Shown here one piece after another: positions 10,122-21,541 of a stretch of DNA of 64,000 bases. The stretch is from Prochlorococcus sp. AG-355-B23. GTDB lineage: Bacteria; Cyanobacteriota; Cyanobacteriia; PCC-6307; Cyanobiaceae. The DNA lies in assembly GCA_003280935.1 (NCBI GenBank), contig QCDJ01000006.1, positions 25 to 64,024 of the forward strand. Reading direction: 5' to 3'. Position numbers and translations under genes: made by a program. Each line of letters begins with the position of its first letter. Positions within the stretch are counted from its first letter, which is position 1. Under the pieces are notes generated by a model that saw only the letters and a program-made list of their open reading frames with translations, searched no databases and was not told where the DNA came from.

Positions 10122-10415
10122 TCATTTATTTGGATCAACCCACTCATTTAATTTCCATTCAACTAGATCATTTTTAATCATTGGATCATTCTTTATTATT
10201 TTTAGTGCATTTCTATAGTTATTCATCTCAAGAATAAGTAATCCGCCGTCACCTGGCCTATTTAACTCATCTACCAAAAAGCCACTTTTTATATTAATTC
10301 CCTCTGTTTTCAATTTTTTTACCCAATCATTATGTTCGTTAATTATTTTTCGTTTTAAATCATTATTAATTAAGTATTCTTTTTTTATAATTTCAGTTTT
10401 TACAAAGAAAGGCAT
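10122..10415 (-). CDS. YciI-family protein
   Basis: H in EHNDWV, SGFLVD...GGLLI and DPMI. Start abuts the glsF stop (TAAATG). Confidence 0.8.
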   Translation of the reverse strand: MPFFVKTEIIKKEYLINNDLKRKIINEHNDWVKKLKTEGINIKSGFLVDELNRPGDGGLLILEMNNYRNALKIIKNDPMIKNDLVEWKLNEWVDPNK

Positions 10416-13400
10416 TTACATTTTTTTTATACCAAGCATCTCTTCTTCGCTTGGGGGAACAATTAATTTGAAAGTACTCTTAAAATGAGACCAATTTTCA
10501 ATTATTTTGGCAGCCTTTAAGCTATTTGTTTTTGCTTTATATTCTCTAATAATTTCCAATAAGATATTTTCCTGTTTTGATGAAGTTATTTGATAAATGC
10601 TTACTATTTCTTTATTTACTTTGTTACTTAAATCATTATTTTCATCGATTATAAAAGCTATTCCACCAGTCATGCCCGCACCTATATTCCTTCCTGTGGA
10701 ACCTAGTATAACTACTTTCCCACCAGTCATATATTCACAACAATGATCACCTGCTCCTTCTGTTACCGCTGTAGCACCACTATTTCTAACCGCAAATCTT
10801 TCTCCCGATTTTCCTAATGCAAATAATTTTCCACCTGTTGCTCCATAAAGACAGGTGTTTCCTAAAATAACTTGTTCGGAGGAGATTTCATTTATTTTTG
10901 GTGGAATAATTGTGAGTATGCCTCCATTCATTCCTTTACAAACATAATCATTAGCTTCTCCGATTAATTGAACATTCATTCCCTTCAATAAAAAGGCACC
11001 AAAGCTTTGTCCTGCATATCCTTTGAAATTTAAGTTGAGTTCGCCATTGAAGCCAGTGTTGCCGTAAAGTTCTGCGATTTCGCCTGATATTTTCGCACAA
11101 ACACTTCTATCTGTATTTTTTATCTCAATTTCTTTGGTTAATATTTCGTGATTTTTAATTGAATCTATAAATTTAGTATCAGACAAAAACTCGTCTTCTA
11201 ATACAGAACCATTACTATGGGCAGTTTTTAAGTGTTTTAACCATGATCTATGAGGGGTTGAGTGTTCATTTACTAAAGAAGAAAGATCAATATTAGAAGT
11301 TTTTGGAAGATCGATATTTCTTGCAGAAAGAAATTCTTGATTACCAATCAGTTCTTCCATATTAGAGACACCGATACTACTCATTATTTGTCTTACTTCT
11401 TCAGCAATATACAAGAAAAAATTGACGACATTTTCTGGAATACCTTTAAATCTTTTTCTTAATTCTTCTTTTTGAGTGGCAACTCCAACAGGACACTTGT
11501 TTGTATGACAAACCCGAGCCATTATGCATCCTTCAGCAATCATCGCTACAGAACCAAAACCGTATTCTTCAGCACCTAGTAAAGCTGCAATAACTACGTC
11601 CCAGCCTGTTTTAAGACCTCCATCAGTTCTCAAAATTACTCTTTCGCGTAAGTTATTCTCTAAAAGAGATTTATGAACCTCAGCAACACCAAGTTCCCAT
11701 GGTAAACCTGCATGTTTAATAGAACTCAGGGGTGAAGCACCTGTACCTCCGTCATGGCCTGATATTTGAATTACATCTGCATTAGCTTTGCTTACTCCAG
11801 CAGCGATAGTGCCTATACCAATTTCAGAAACAAGTTTAACGCTTACTTTCGCTTTTGGATGAACTTGATGTAAGTCGTGGATAAGTTGAGCTAAATCTTC
11901 AATTGAATAAATATCATGATGCGGGGGAGGAGATATTAAAGCTACTCCAGGTTTACTATTTCTTAGTTTTGCGATGTAAGAATCAACTTTTGGACCAGGT
12001 AATTGTCCCCCCTCTCCGGGTTTTGCACCTTGAGCCATTTTAATTTCGAGTTGTTTACCACTTCTCAGATATTCAGGTGTAACTCCAAACCTTCCTGATG
12101 CTATTTGTTTAATAGCTGAGCATGCGGTGTCTCCATTCTCTAAGCCTTTAATAAATGGCAACGTCGCTGACTGAGTATTTTCATCGATATCATTTAAAAC
12201 ATTGAAACGAGCTGGATCTTCTCCTCCTTCTCCACTATTACTTTTTCCACCAATTCTATTCATTGCAACTGCTAAAACTTCATGCGCTTCTCTGGATAAA
12301 GCACCTAAACTCATTCCTCCAGTACAGAACCTTTTGCAAATTGATTCAACACTTTCAACTTCCTCTAATGGAATACTTTTTCTTGTTGAATTAATCGTTA
12401 GTAAATCTCTAAGAGATGTTGTCGGTCTATTACTAATCAGTTTTTTGTAAGTTTCAAAATGATCGTATCCTGGTCCTTGTTTAACCGCTGAATGTAAAAC
12501 CTTGGACATCTCTGGGTTATTGGAATGATATTCTCCATTATTTCTAAATTGCACAAATCCTAAAAATTCTAATTTCTTTAAATCGATCTCTGGATAGGCT
12601 TTGGTATGTATTGAAAGTGTTTCATTAGTTAATTCTTTTAGTGTTATGCCTGCTATACGACTTGTTGTGCCATCAAAGGCAATTTTTATTAAGTCAGATC
12701 CAAGGCCTACAGCTTCAAAAATTTGTGCACCATGGTAACTAGATAAAAGTGAGATGCCTATTTTTGAGAGAATTTTTCTTAGACCGTCTTCTAAAGCTTT
12801 TTTAATATTTTCTTGAACTTCAACTGTTGATAATGGATTTATTTTTTTGCTATCAATGAGTTTTTGTGTTTTTGGATGTTTTAACCAGTGTCTACCTGCT
12901 TCGAAGGTCAACCAAGGGCAAACTGCACTTGCTCCATATCCAATTAAACAAGCTAAGTGATGTGTACTCCAGCATTGACCAGTCTCAATTATTAGAGAAG
13001 CTTTTAGCCTGATTTCTTTTTTAAGAAGATAATGATGAATTGCTCCAACAGCAAGTAAAGGAGGTATAAAAGTCTTTTTAGGATTAATTCCCTTATCAGA
13101 AATGATAATTAAAGAGCAACCTTCTTTTATAGCCAGCTCACTCTGTTTACAGATTGCTTTTAATTGGTTCTCTAAGCCTTCAATACCTTCCTCTAAATCA
13201 AACAAACTTGAAATTGTCTGTGATTTAATTTTTGATTTTTTGATAGAAATGAGTTCTACCTCATTAAGAATGGGACTTTGTAAATGAACAAAGGGTTTAG
13301 CCTCTTTAATTTCAAATGGTGTACATCTTTCTCCTAGATGCATCTCTAAACTCATTACAAGTTTTTCTCTCAGAGGGTCAATAGGAGGATTAGTAACTTG

Positions 13401-14987
13401 CGCAAATCTTTGCTTAAAGTAGTCGTATAAAATATGTGGCTTAGATGAAAGAACTGCTAATGGGATGTCATCGCCCATGCAATAAGTAGGCTCTTTAGCT
13501 AATGAAGCCATTGAATCTAAGATAAGGTCATTATCTTCCGCTGAAAACCCGTATGCAGTTTGTTGTTGCAACAACTCAAGGTCTTTTAGTTTGCAGTCTT
13601 TAACCCATTCATTATTTTCAATTTTTATAGTTCTTTTGCTTAGGAGATTTTGATAATCATGTCTTTGAGCTGCTTCAGATTTTACCTCCCAATTTCTGAG
13701 AATTCTATTTTGATGAAAATCAACCGCTAACATTTGTCCCGGTCCTAATCGACCTTTTTCTATTACTTTTTCCTCTTCAAGATCTACTACTCCTGTTTCA
13801 GAACCCATTATTACAAAACCATCATTTGTTATTGAATATCTTGCTGGTCTTAGACCATTTCTATCAAGCGTTGCTCCTACAAAATTTCCATCTGCGAATA
13901 CAAGTAGAGCAGGACCATCCCAAGCTTCTTGTATGCTCGCAGAATACTCATAAAATGACTTAATATCATTCCTCTGTTCAAGGTCTGGTTGATCTCTAAA
14001 TGCTTCAGGAACAAGCTTTAATAATGAATCAGTTATTGGTTGGCCTGAACGAATATTAATTTCAAGGGTTGCATCAAGATTTGATGAATCACTTTTATTT
14101 ACATCTACAATAGGCTTTATTTCGTTAGATAGCTCTCCCCAAAAATCATCTATATGTGTTTCTGAAGCTTTAGCCCAATTAATATTTCCTAAAAGAGTGT
14201 TGATTTCACCGTTATGACCTAAAAATCTCATGGGCTGGGCAAGTGGCCATTTTGGAAGAGTATTTGTACTAAATCTCCGATGATAAACGGAAAATGAGAC
14301 CTTAAAATTCTCTTTTTTTAGATCTTCATAGAATTCAGATAATATTTCAGACCTAACCATACCTTTATAAACAACTGTTTGAGAACTAAGTGAGGCAAAA
14401 TAAAATTCACAATCTCCAACATCGTTTTTAAAGGTTTCTCTTATTTTTTTTTCAATTCTTTTCCTTAACTGGAACAAAAGCCTTTCAATATTCTGATTAT
14501 CTTTTGTATCTATGTATAAAATCCACTGACAGATATATGGGACATTTGCTTTGGCTAAAGGACCTAAGATATCATTATTTACAGGGACATTTCTCCAAAA
14601 TGTTTTGTTGACTTTTAATTTTTCTGCTTCTTGATCACATATTGATTTACATACTTCAATTTTTTCTTTTTTATTAGGCATAAAAACCATGCCTAAACCT
14701 TTATTAAATTCTTGATTGTTTTTTAGATTAATTTCCTCTCCTAGATATTCCCATGGAATTGAACATAAAATGCCCGCTCCATCTCCTGAATCACTATCCC
14801 CTCCACAACCTCCTCTATGTTCCATGCAGTTAAGGCCTTTAAGGGATTGTTTTAGGATCCAATTGCTTTCTACTCCTTTAATATTTGCTATGAAACCAAC
14901 TCCACACGCATCTTTCTCCCCAATTATTCCATTTGGGGAATAGCTATCTTGATATGGACTAACGATTCTTTTGATACTATCTCCCAT
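10416..14987 (-). CDS. glsF: Ferredoxin-dependent glutamate synthase (Fd-GOGAT)
   Basis: CGVGFIA Ntn start, HRRFSTNT, EIKMAQGAKPGEGGQLPG and the CIMARVCHTNKCP 3Fe-4S motif. Confidence 0.97.
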   Translation of the reverse strand: MGDSIKRIVSPYQDSYSPNGIIGEKDACGVGFIANIKGVESNWILKQSLKGLNCMEHRGGCGGDSDSGDGAGILCSIPWEYLGEEINLKNNQEFNKGLGMVFMPNKKEKIEVCKSICDQEAEKLKVNKTFWRNVPVNNDILGPLAKANVPYICQWILYIDTKDNQNIERLLFQLRKRIEKKIRETFKNDVGDCEFYFASLSSQTVVYKGMVRSEILSEFYEDLKKENFKVSFSVYHRRFSTNTLPKWPLAQPMRFLGHNGEINTLLGNINWAKASETHIDDFWGELSNEIKPIVDVNKSDSSNLDATLEINIRSGQPITDSLLKLVPEAFRDQPDLEQRNDIKSFYEYSASIQEAWDGPALLVFADGNFVGATLDRNGLRPARYSITNDGFVIMGSETGVVDLEEEKVIEKGRLGPGQMLAVDFHQNRILRNWEVKSEAAQRHDYQNLLSKRTIKIENNEWVKDCKLKDLELLQQQTAYGFSAEDNDLILDSMASLAKEPTYCMGDDIPLAVLSSKPHILYDYFKQRFAQVTNPPIDPLREKLVMSLEMHLGERCTPFEIKEAKPFVHLQSPILNEVELISIKKSKIKSQTISSLFDLEEGIEGLENQLKAICKQSELAIKEGCSLIIISDKGINPKKTFIPPLLAVGAIHHYLLKKEIRLKASLIIETGQCWSTHHLACLIGYGASAVCPWLTFEAGRHWLKHPKTQKLIDSKKINPLSTVEVQENIKKALEDGLRKILSKIGISLLSSYHGAQIFEAVGLGSDLIKIAFDGTTSRIAGITLKELTNETLSIHTKAYPEIDLKKLEFLGFVQFRNNGEYHSNNPEMSKVLHSAVKQGPGYDHFETYKKLISNRPTTSLRDLLTINSTRKSIPLEEVESVESICKRFCTGGMSLGALSREAHEVLAVAMNRIGGKSNSGEGGEDPARFNVLNDIDENTQSATLPFIKGLENGDTACSAIKQIASGRFGVTPEYLRSGKQLEIKMAQGAKPGEGGQLPGPKVDSYIAKLRNSKPGVALISPPPHHDIYSIEDLAQLIHDLHQVHPKAKVSVKLVSEIGIGTIAAGVSKANADVIQISGHDGGTGASPLSSIKHAGLPWELGVAEVHKSLLENNLRERVILRTDGGLKTGWDVVIAALLGAEEYGFGSVAMIAEGCIMARVCHTNKCPVGVATQKEELRKRFKGIPENVVNFFLYIAEEVRQIMSSIGVSNMEELIGNQEFLSARNIDLPKTSNIDLSSLVNEHSTPHRSWLKHLKTAHSNGSVLEDEFLSDTKFIDSIKNHEILTKEIEIKNTDRSVCAKISGEIAELYGNTGFNGELNLNFKGYAGQSFGAFLLKGMNVQLIGEANDYVCKGMNGGILTIIPPKINEISSEQVILGNTCLYGATGGKLFALGKSGERFAVRNSGATAVTEGAGDHCCEYMTGGKVVILGSTGRNIGAGMTGGIAFIIDENNDLSNKVNKEIVSIYQITSSKQENILLEIIREYKAKTNSLKAAKIIENWSHFKSTFKLIVPPSEEEMLGIKKM

Positions 14988-15182
14988 AGATTATTTAATT
15001 CTATTTAGTTAATTATGTATTTCTATTATAAAAATAAATATGAAAATAAATCTAAAGATAATGAATATTTACCAAAGAATTTTAATTTGACAAATTTTAA
15101 AAAAAATATAATTAAAAACTTTTAGATGGCCCTCTTGAAAGGTTATGATAGATAGATATTTATTTTTATCTAAGTTTAATAG

Positions 15183-15557
15183 ATGCCCACCATCTCACAA
15201 TTAGTAGGTTCAGAAAGAAAACGTCTGACAAAGAAAACAAAATCTCCTGCATTAAAAGCTTGCCCTGAGAGAAGAGGGGTATGTACAAGAGTCTATACAT
15301 CTACACCAAAGAAACCTAATTCAGCTTTGAGAAAAGTTGCTAGGGTCAGATTGACTTCTGGTTTTGAAGTAACGGCTTATATCCCTGGGATTGGACATAA
15401 TTTGCAAGAACATTCTGTCGTACTACTTAGGGGTGGAAGAGTCAAGGATTTGCCAGGAGTTAGATATCATATAATAAGAGGGACTTTAGATACGGCTGGA
15501 GTCAAAGATAGACGTCAATCCAGATCTAAGTATGGAGCAAAAGCTCCAAAAGATTAA
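15183..15557 (+). CDS. rpsL: 30S ribosomal protein S12
   Basis: [20 protein letters not shown]. Confidence 0.99.
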   Translation: MPTISQLVGSERKRLTKKTKSPALKACPERRGVCTRVYTSTPKKPNSALRKVARVRLTSGFEVTAYIPGIGHNLQEHSVVLLRGGRVKDLPGVRYHIIRGTLDTAGVKDRRQSRSKYGAKAPKD

Positions 15558-15583
15558 TTTGTAAACATCACTTTTTTTAAAAC

Positions 15584-16054
15584 ATGTCACGTCGTAATGC
15601 AGCAGTAAAAAGACCAGTTCTTCCTGATCCTCAATTTAATAGTCGTCTTGCTTCAATGATGATTTCTCGATTGATGAAACATGGTAAAAAATCTACAGCT
15701 CAAAGAATATTGTCTGATGCGTTTTCTTTAATAAGCGAGAGAACAGGTGGAAATGCAGTGGAATTATTTGAAACTGCTGTAAAAAATGCTACTCCTCTTG
15801 TCGAGGTACGAGCTAGAAGGGTTGGTGGCGCAACATATCAAGTACCCATGGAAGTTCGCCAAGAGAGAGGTACGGCTATGGCATTAAGATGGCTTGTTAC
15901 ATTCTCACGTGCAAGAAATGGCAAAAGCATGTCACAAAAACTTGCTGGAGAATTGATGGATGCAGCAAATGAAACTGGTAGTGCGGTTAAAAAAAGAGAA
16001 GATACTCATAAAATGGCAGAAGCTAATAAAGCTTTTGCACATTACAGATATTAA
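15584..16054 (+). CDS. rpsG: 30S ribosomal protein S7
   Basis: [11 protein letters not shown], ends AFAHYRY. Confidence 0.99.
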   Translation: MSRRNAAVKRPVLPDPQFNSRLASMMISRLMKHGKKSTAQRILSDAFSLISERTGGNAVELFETAVKNATPLVEVRARRVGGATYQVPMEVRQERGTAMALRWLVTFSRARNGKSMSQKLAGELMDAANETGSAVKKREDTHKMAEANKAFAHYRY

Positions 16055-16150
16055 TTTCATCAAAAGGTACTTAAGTAGTTTATTATTATTAAAGTTTGCT
16101 TTTAGGGTGAACTACATTTTTCAAAAATTATTTTATTTGGAGCTTTAAAA

Positions 16151-18226
16151 TTGGCACGCGACTTTCCCCTAGAACGAGTAAGGAATATAGGTATAGCCGC
16201 TCATATTGATGCAGGTAAGACAACAACAACTGAAAGAATTTTGTTTTATTCAGGTGTAGTTCACAAGATAGGAGAGGTTCATGATGGTGCTGCTGTAACA
16301 GATTGGATGGCTCAAGAAAGAGAAAGAGGAATAACTATTACTGCTGCTGCAATATCTACTAGTTGGCAAGATCATAGGATTAATATTATTGATACTCCTG
16401 GACACGTTGACTTTACTATCGAAGTTGAAAGATCAATGCGTGTTTTGGATGGAGTTATTGCTGTATTTTGCGCAGTTGGTGGAGTTCAGCCTCAATCCGA
16501 AACAGTCTGGCGTCAAGCAGATAGATACTCTGTTCCAAGAATGGTGTTTGTTAATAAAATGGATAGAACTGGCGCGGATTTTTTAAAGGTCAATAAGCAA
16601 ATTAAAGATCGACTAAAGGCAAATGCACTTCCGATCCAGTTACCTATTGGTGCCGAAGGTGATCTCACAGGCATTATTGATTTAGTAGCCAATAAAGCAT
16701 ATCTTTACAAAAACGATTTAGGTACTGATATTGAAGAAGCACCAATTCCATCTGATATGGAGAAGGAAGCTTCTGAGTGGAGATTTAAGTTAATGGAAAG
16801 TGTTGCAGAAAATGATGAAGAGTTAATAGAAATATTCCTCGAAACAGGAGAATTATCTGAAGAACAACTTAAAAAAGGTATAAGGGAAGGGGTTTTAAAA
16901 CATGGATTGGTTCCAGTATTATGCGGTTCAGCTTTTAAGAATAAAGGGGTCCAACTTGTATTAGACGCTGTAGTTGATTACTTGCCAGCTCCAGTTGATG
17001 TGAAACCAATACAAGGTGTTTTGCCTAGTGGCAAAGAAGATGTTAGACCCTCAGATGATAATGCTCCTTTCAGTGCACTAGCATTTAAAGTGATGTCAGA
17101 TCCCTATGGGAAATTAACTTTTGTAAGAATGTATTCAGGTGTTCTTTCAAAAGGAAGTTATGTAATGAATTCTACTAAAGATGCTAAAGAGAGAATTTCT
17201 AGATTAGTGATTCTAAAGGCTGACGAAAGAGAGGAGGTTGATGAATTGAGGGCGGGGGATTTAGGAGCTGTATTAGGTCTTAAGAACACAACCACAGGTG
17301 ACACTTTATGTAACACAGAAGATCCAATAGTTTTGGAGACACTGTTTATCCCTGAACCTGTTATCTCAGTAGCTGTTGAGCCAAAAACTAAAGGTGATAT
17401 GGAAAAATTATCAAAAGCTTTAACTGCTTTGTCTGAAGAGGATCCAACCTTTAGAGTAAGTACAGATCCTGAGACAAATCAAACTGTTATTGCAGGTATG
17501 GGTGAGTTGCACTTAGAAATCCTTGTTGACAGAATGTTAAGGGAATTTAAAGTTGAAGCAAATATAGGAGCTCCACAGGTTTCATATAGAGAAACTATAA
17601 GGTCTAGTTCTAAAGGTGAAGGTAAATATGCAAGACAGACTGGAGGTAAAGGTCAGTATGGTCATGTCATTATTGAAATGGAACCTGCTGAAGTTGGCAA
17701 AGGTTTTGAATTTGTAAACAAAATTGTTGGTGGAGCTGTACCAAAAGAGTATATTGGCCCTGCTTCTAATGGAATGAAAGAGACCTGTGAATCTGGTGTT
17801 CTTGCCGGTTATCCACTCATTGATGTAAAAGTAACACTAGTCGATGGTTCATTCCACGATGTAGACTCATCTGAAATGGCCTTCAAAATTGCAGGTTCCA
17901 TGGCCTTTAAAGACGGGGTTAAAAAATGCAATCCTGTTCTTTTAGAGCCTATGATGAAAGTTGAGGTCGAAAGTCCTGATGACTTTCTTGGATCTGTAAT
18001 TGGTGATCTCTCTTCCAGAAGAGGTCAAGTAGAAGGACAATCTGTCGATGACGGATTGTCTAAGGTACAGGCCAAAGTGCCCTTAGCCGAAATGTTCGGT
18101 TATGCCACTCAACTCCGATCAATGACTCAAGGTCGGGGTATATTTTCAATGGAGTTCGCAAATTATGAGGAAGTTCCTCGTAATGTTGCTGAAGCTATCA
18201 TTTCCAAGAATCAGGGCAACTCCTGA
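16151..18226 (+). CDS. fusA: Elongation factor G (TTG start)
   Basis: [27 protein letters not shown] lies upstream of the TTG. Confidence 0.99.
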   Translation: MARDFPLERVRNIGIAAHIDAGKTTTTERILFYSGVVHKIGEVHDGAAVTDWMAQERERGITITAAAISTSWQDHRINIIDTPGHVDFTIEVERSMRVLDGVIAVFCAVGGVQPQSETVWRQADRYSVPRMVFVNKMDRTGADFLKVNKQIKDRLKANALPIQLPIGAEGDLTGIIDLVANKAYLYKNDLGTDIEEAPIPSDMEKEASEWRFKLMESVAENDEELIEIFLETGELSEEQLKKGIREGVLKHGLVPVLCGSAFKNKGVQLVLDAVVDYLPAPVDVKPIQGVLPSGKEDVRPSDDNAPFSALAFKVMSDPYGKLTFVRMYSGVLSKGSYVMNSTKDAKERISRLVILKADEREEVDELRAGDLGAVLGLKNTTTGDTLCNTEDPIVLETLFIPEPVISVAVEPKTKGDMEKLSKALTALSEEDPTFRVSTDPETNQTVIAGMGELHLEILVDRMLREFKVEANIGAPQVSYRETIRSSSKGEGKYARQTGGKGQYGHVIIEMEPAEVGKGFEFVNKIVGGAVPKEYIGPASNGMKETCESGVLAGYPLIDVKVTLVDGSFHDVDSSEMAFKIAGSMAFKDGVKKCNPVLLEPMMKVEVESPDDFLGSVIGDLSSRRGQVEGQSVDDGLSKVQAKVPLAEMFGYATQLRSMTQGRGIFSMEFANYEEVPRNVAEAIISKNQGNS

Positions 18227-18271
18227 TCTCTAAACTAAAACACCCTTAAACCCTCGATTCTTTAATTCAAA

Positions 18272-19471
18272 ATGGCTCGCGAGAAGTTCGAAAGAAACAA
18301 ACCACATGTCAACATAGGTACTATTGGCCATGTCGATCATGGAAAAACAACACTAACAGCTGCTATTACTAATGTATTAGCTAAAAAAGGTCAAGCTCAA
18401 GCTCAAGACTACGGAGACATTGATGGTGCTCCTGAAGAAAGAGAGCGTGGCATTACCATTAATACAGCTCATGTTGAATATGAAACTGAAGGCAGACATT
18501 ATGCTCATGTCGATTGCCCAGGACATGCCGATTATGTGAAAAACATGATCACAGGGGCGGCCCAAATGGATGGAGCTATTCTAGTTTGTGCAGCTACAGA
18601 TGGTCCTATGGCTCAAACAAAAGAGCATATTCTATTAGCTAAACAGGTTGGAGTTCCTGCTCTTGTGGTTGCTCTTAATAAGTGTGACATGGTCGATGAC
18701 GAAGAAATTATTGAACTTGTCGAAATGGAAATTAGGGAACTTTTAGATAGTTATGACTTTCCGGGAGATGACATTCCTATAGTTCAAGTTTCAGGTTTAA
18801 AAGCTCTCGAAGGAGATTCTACTTGGGAATCAAAGATTGAAGAGTTAATGAAAGCAGTTGATGCTAGTATTCCTGAACCAGAAAGAGAAGTGGATAAACC
18901 ATTCTTGATGGCAGTTGAAGATGTTTTCTCGATTACTGGTAGAGGAACTGTTGCTACTGGAAGAATTGAGAGAGGTAAAGTTAAGGTTGGAGAAGAAGTA
19001 GAAATAGTTGGAATACGAGATACAAGAGTAACAACTGTTACTGGAGTTGAAATGTTCCGAAAACTTCTTGATGAAGGTATGGCTGGCGATAATGTTGGCT
19101 TACTTTTAAGAGGTGTCCAGAAAGAAGATATTGAGAGAGGAATGGTTCTTGTGAAGAAAGGATCTATTACCCCTCATACTCAGTTTGAAGGAGAAGTTTA
19201 TGTTCTCAAAAAAGAAGAGGGCGGAAGACATACTCCCTTCTTTGCAGGATATAGACCTCAGTTCTACATCAGAACAACTGATGTGACAGGTCAAATAACC
19301 GCATTTACTTCAGATGATGGTTCTAATGTTGAAATGGTTATGCCTGGAGACAGAATTAAAATGACTGGAGAATTAATTTGTCCAGTAGCTATTGAACAAG
19401 GTATGCGATTCGCAATACGTGAAGGTGGGCGTACTATCGGTGCTGGAGTTGTTTCTAAAATTCTCAAATAA
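18272..19471 (+). CDS. tuf: Elongation factor Tu
   Basis: [29 protein letters not shown]. Confidence 0.99.
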   Translation: MAREKFERNKPHVNIGTIGHVDHGKTTLTAAITNVLAKKGQAQAQDYGDIDGAPEERERGITINTAHVEYETEGRHYAHVDCPGHADYVKNMITGAAQMDGAILVCAATDGPMAQTKEHILLAKQVGVPALVVALNKCDMVDDEEIIELVEMEIRELLDSYDFPGDDIPIVQVSGLKALEGDSTWESKIEELMKAVDASIPEPEREVDKPFLMAVEDVFSITGRGTVATGRIERGKVKVGEEVEIVGIRDTRVTTVTGVEMFRKLLDEGMAGDNVGLLLRGVQKEDIERGMVLVKKGSITPHTQFEGEVYVLKKEEGGRHTPFFAGYRPQFYIRTTDVTGQITAFTSDDGSNVEMVMPGDRIKMTGELICPVAIEQGMRFAIREGGRTIGAGVVSKILK

Positions 19472-19523
19472 CAAATTTGAATTTTAAAATTTAACCTCAA
19501 TCATCTAATATAGGTTTATGGAT

Positions 19524-19550
19524 AAGGGTCATTTTAATCAATGACCCTTT
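19524..19550 (+). terminator. Stem-loop between tuf and rpsJ (partial terminator or mRNA stabiliser)
   Basis: AAGGGTCATT-TTAATC-AATGACCCTT perfect 10-bp stem with only a short T tail. Confidence 0.65.
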
Positions 19551-19570
19551 ACTAGAAGTTATTTGAAACT

Positions 19571-19891
19571 ATGACTGCATCAATTGCACAACAAAAAATA
19601 AGAATAAGGCTCAAAGCATTTGATAGAAGAATGCTTGATTTATCTTGCGACAAAATTATCCAAACTGCTGATACTACTTCTGCCTCAGCAATTGGTCCAA
19701 TACCTTTACCTACAAAAAGGAAGATTTATTGCGTACTAAGATCACCACATGTTGATAAAGACTCTAGAGAACATTTTGAGACAAGAACTCATCGAAGAAT
19801 AATAGACATCTACAGTCCTTCTGCAAAAACTATTGATGCATTAATGAAACTAGATCTCCCGAGTGGTGTAGATATAGAAGTTAAACTTTAA
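19571..19891 (+). CDS. rpsJ: 30S ribosomal protein S10
   Basis: [30 protein letters not shown]. Confidence 0.99.
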   Translation: MTASIAQQKIRIRLKAFDRRMLDLSCDKIIQTADTTSASAIGPIPLPTKRKIYCVLRSPHVDKDSREHFETRTHRRIIDIYSPSAKTIDALMKLDLPSGVDIEVKL

Positions 19892-19947
19892 TAAATCCCG
19901 GAACCGCTCCAAATGGATTAGTATAAAAAAAATGAAATGAGGTTTAA

Positions 19948-20604
19948 ATGGGAGAACTCTCAGTAAGGGAATTACCTCTATTTCCTTTGCCAGAGGTAGT
20001 CCTTTTCCCTCAAGAAGTATTGCCTTTACATATCTTTGAATCGAGATATAGGATTATGCTCCAATCTGTTCTTGAAAGTGATTCTATGTTTGGAGTGATT
20101 AAGTGGGATCCAAATACTAAAAGTATGGCTAACATTGGATGTTGCGCACAAATTTTAAAACATCAAACTGCAGAGGATGGGAGAAGTAATATTATCACTC
20201 TCGGCCAACAAAGATTTCAAGTCTTAGAAATTACTCGTTCGACTCCATTTTGTTCTGCGATGGTTAGTTGGATTAGTGATGATAATATTGATGACTTTCA
20301 AAAATTAGATTCTCTAAAAGATTCAGTAAGAGAAGCACTTAGTGATGTTATTAATTTAACGAGTAAATTGACTAATACAAAGAAAAATTTACCTGATAAA
20401 TTACCTGATAATCCTATGGATTTATCATTTTGGATAGGAGCGCATTTGGGCGGCCCTGTCGCGGAAGAACAGCAAAGACTTCTTGAAGAGAGAAATACTT
20501 TTAACCGTTTGCAAAGAGAATATGAAATGCTTGATCATACAAGAAAACAACTTGCAGCAAGAACAGCATTAAAGGAGAGTTTTCCTGATATAAAAGAAAA
20601 TTAA
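19948..20604 (+). CDS. Lon protease N-terminal (substrate-binding) domain protein
   Basis: LPLFPLPEVVLFP, PLHIFESRYRIM. No AAA or protease domain. Confidence 0.9.
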   Translation: MGELSVRELPLFPLPEVVLFPQEVLPLHIFESRYRIMLQSVLESDSMFGVIKWDPNTKSMANIGCCAQILKHQTAEDGRSNIITLGQQRFQVLEITRSTPFCSAMVSWISDDNIDDFQKLDSLKDSVREALSDVINLTSKLTNTKKNLPDKLPDNPMDLSFWIGAHLGGPVAEEQQRLLEERNTFNRLQREYEMLDHTRKQLAARTALKESFPDIKEN

Positions 20605-21540
20605 ATGTTTGAATTATTGATCCCTTTTTTCTTAATAGTTTTATTTTTTCTAGCCCTAGCGATAATATGGAGAAATAATGCTAGAAAGTATATTTCTTCC
20701 GGTACAGTAGCTTCTGCATATGATGCTTGGACCCAGGATAAATTACTTGAGAGATTATGGGGAGAACATATACATTTGGGTTTTTATCCCTCAGGAAAAA
20801 AAAATATTGATTTTAGAAAGGCTAAAGTTCAGTTTGTTCATGAATTAGTTAAATGGAGTGGTTTAGATGAATTACCACAGGGATCCAGAATACTTGATGT
20901 AGGTTGTGGAATAGGGGGAAGTTCTAGGATTCTTGCAGAATATTATGGGTTTAATGTCACTGGCATTACAATTAGTCAGGCTCAAGTTAAAAGAGCAAGA
21001 GAACTTACTCCTCATGGTCTAAATTGCAACTTCCAAGTTATGGATGCTTTGGATTTGAAATTTGAAGATGGATCATTTGATGCCGTCTGGAGTGTTGAGG
21101 CTGGTGCACATATGAATGATAAAACTAGGTTTGCAGATGAAATGCTTAGAACTCTACGACCTGGAGGGTATTTCGCATTGGCTGATTGGAATTCAAGAGA
21201 CCTCGGGGCATACCCCCCATCATTTTTTGAAAAGTTAGTTCTTAAACAACTACTTGAGCAATGGGTACATCCTAATTTTATTAGCATTAATGAATTTAGT
21301 AACATTCTTAGTACTAACGAAAATAGTTCAGGAAGAGTTATTTCTGAAAATTGGAATTCCTATACAAATCCTTCATGGTATGACTCTATTATTGAAGGCA
21401 TTCGAAGGCCCTTCGTGATTTTGTCACTTGGCCCATTTGCTATAGTGAAATCGATTAGAGAGATTCCAACAATACTTCTAATGAATTGGGCATTTAGAAA
21501 AGGTTTAATGGAGTTTGGAGTTTTTAAATGTAGAGGGTAA
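20605..21540 (+). CDS. SAM-dependent methyltransferase, MPBQ/MSBQ or tocopherol-methyltransferase-like
   Basis: WGEHIHLGFY, ILDVGCGIGGS, VWSVEAGAH and an N-terminal TM helix. Confidence 0.85.
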   Translation: MFELLIPFFLIVLFFLALAIIWRNNARKYISSGTVASAYDAWTQDKLLERLWGEHIHLGFYPSGKKNIDFRKAKVQFVHELVKWSGLDELPQGSRILDVGCGIGGSSRILAEYYGFNVTGITISQAQVKRARELTPHGLNCNFQVMDALDLKFEDGSFDAVWSVEAGAHMNDKTRFADEMLRTLRPGGYFALADWNSRDLGAYPPSFFEKLVLKQLLEQWVHPNFISINEFSNILSTNENSSGRVISENWNSYTNPSWYDSIIEGIRRPFVILSLGPFAIVKSIREIPTILLMNWAFRKGLMEFGVFKCRG

Positions 21541-21541
21541 A

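Noticed and set aside
15087-15112. TTGACA...TATAAT upstream of rpsL as a consensus sigma70 promoter
   Set aside because: The spacer is only 14 nt. An alternative -10 (TATGAT at 15144) is equally plausible, so the promoter cannot be placed.
14988-15182. NtcA site upstream of glsF
   Set aside because: No GTA-N8-TAC was found. The closest match, GTA-tttctatt-ATA, is poor.
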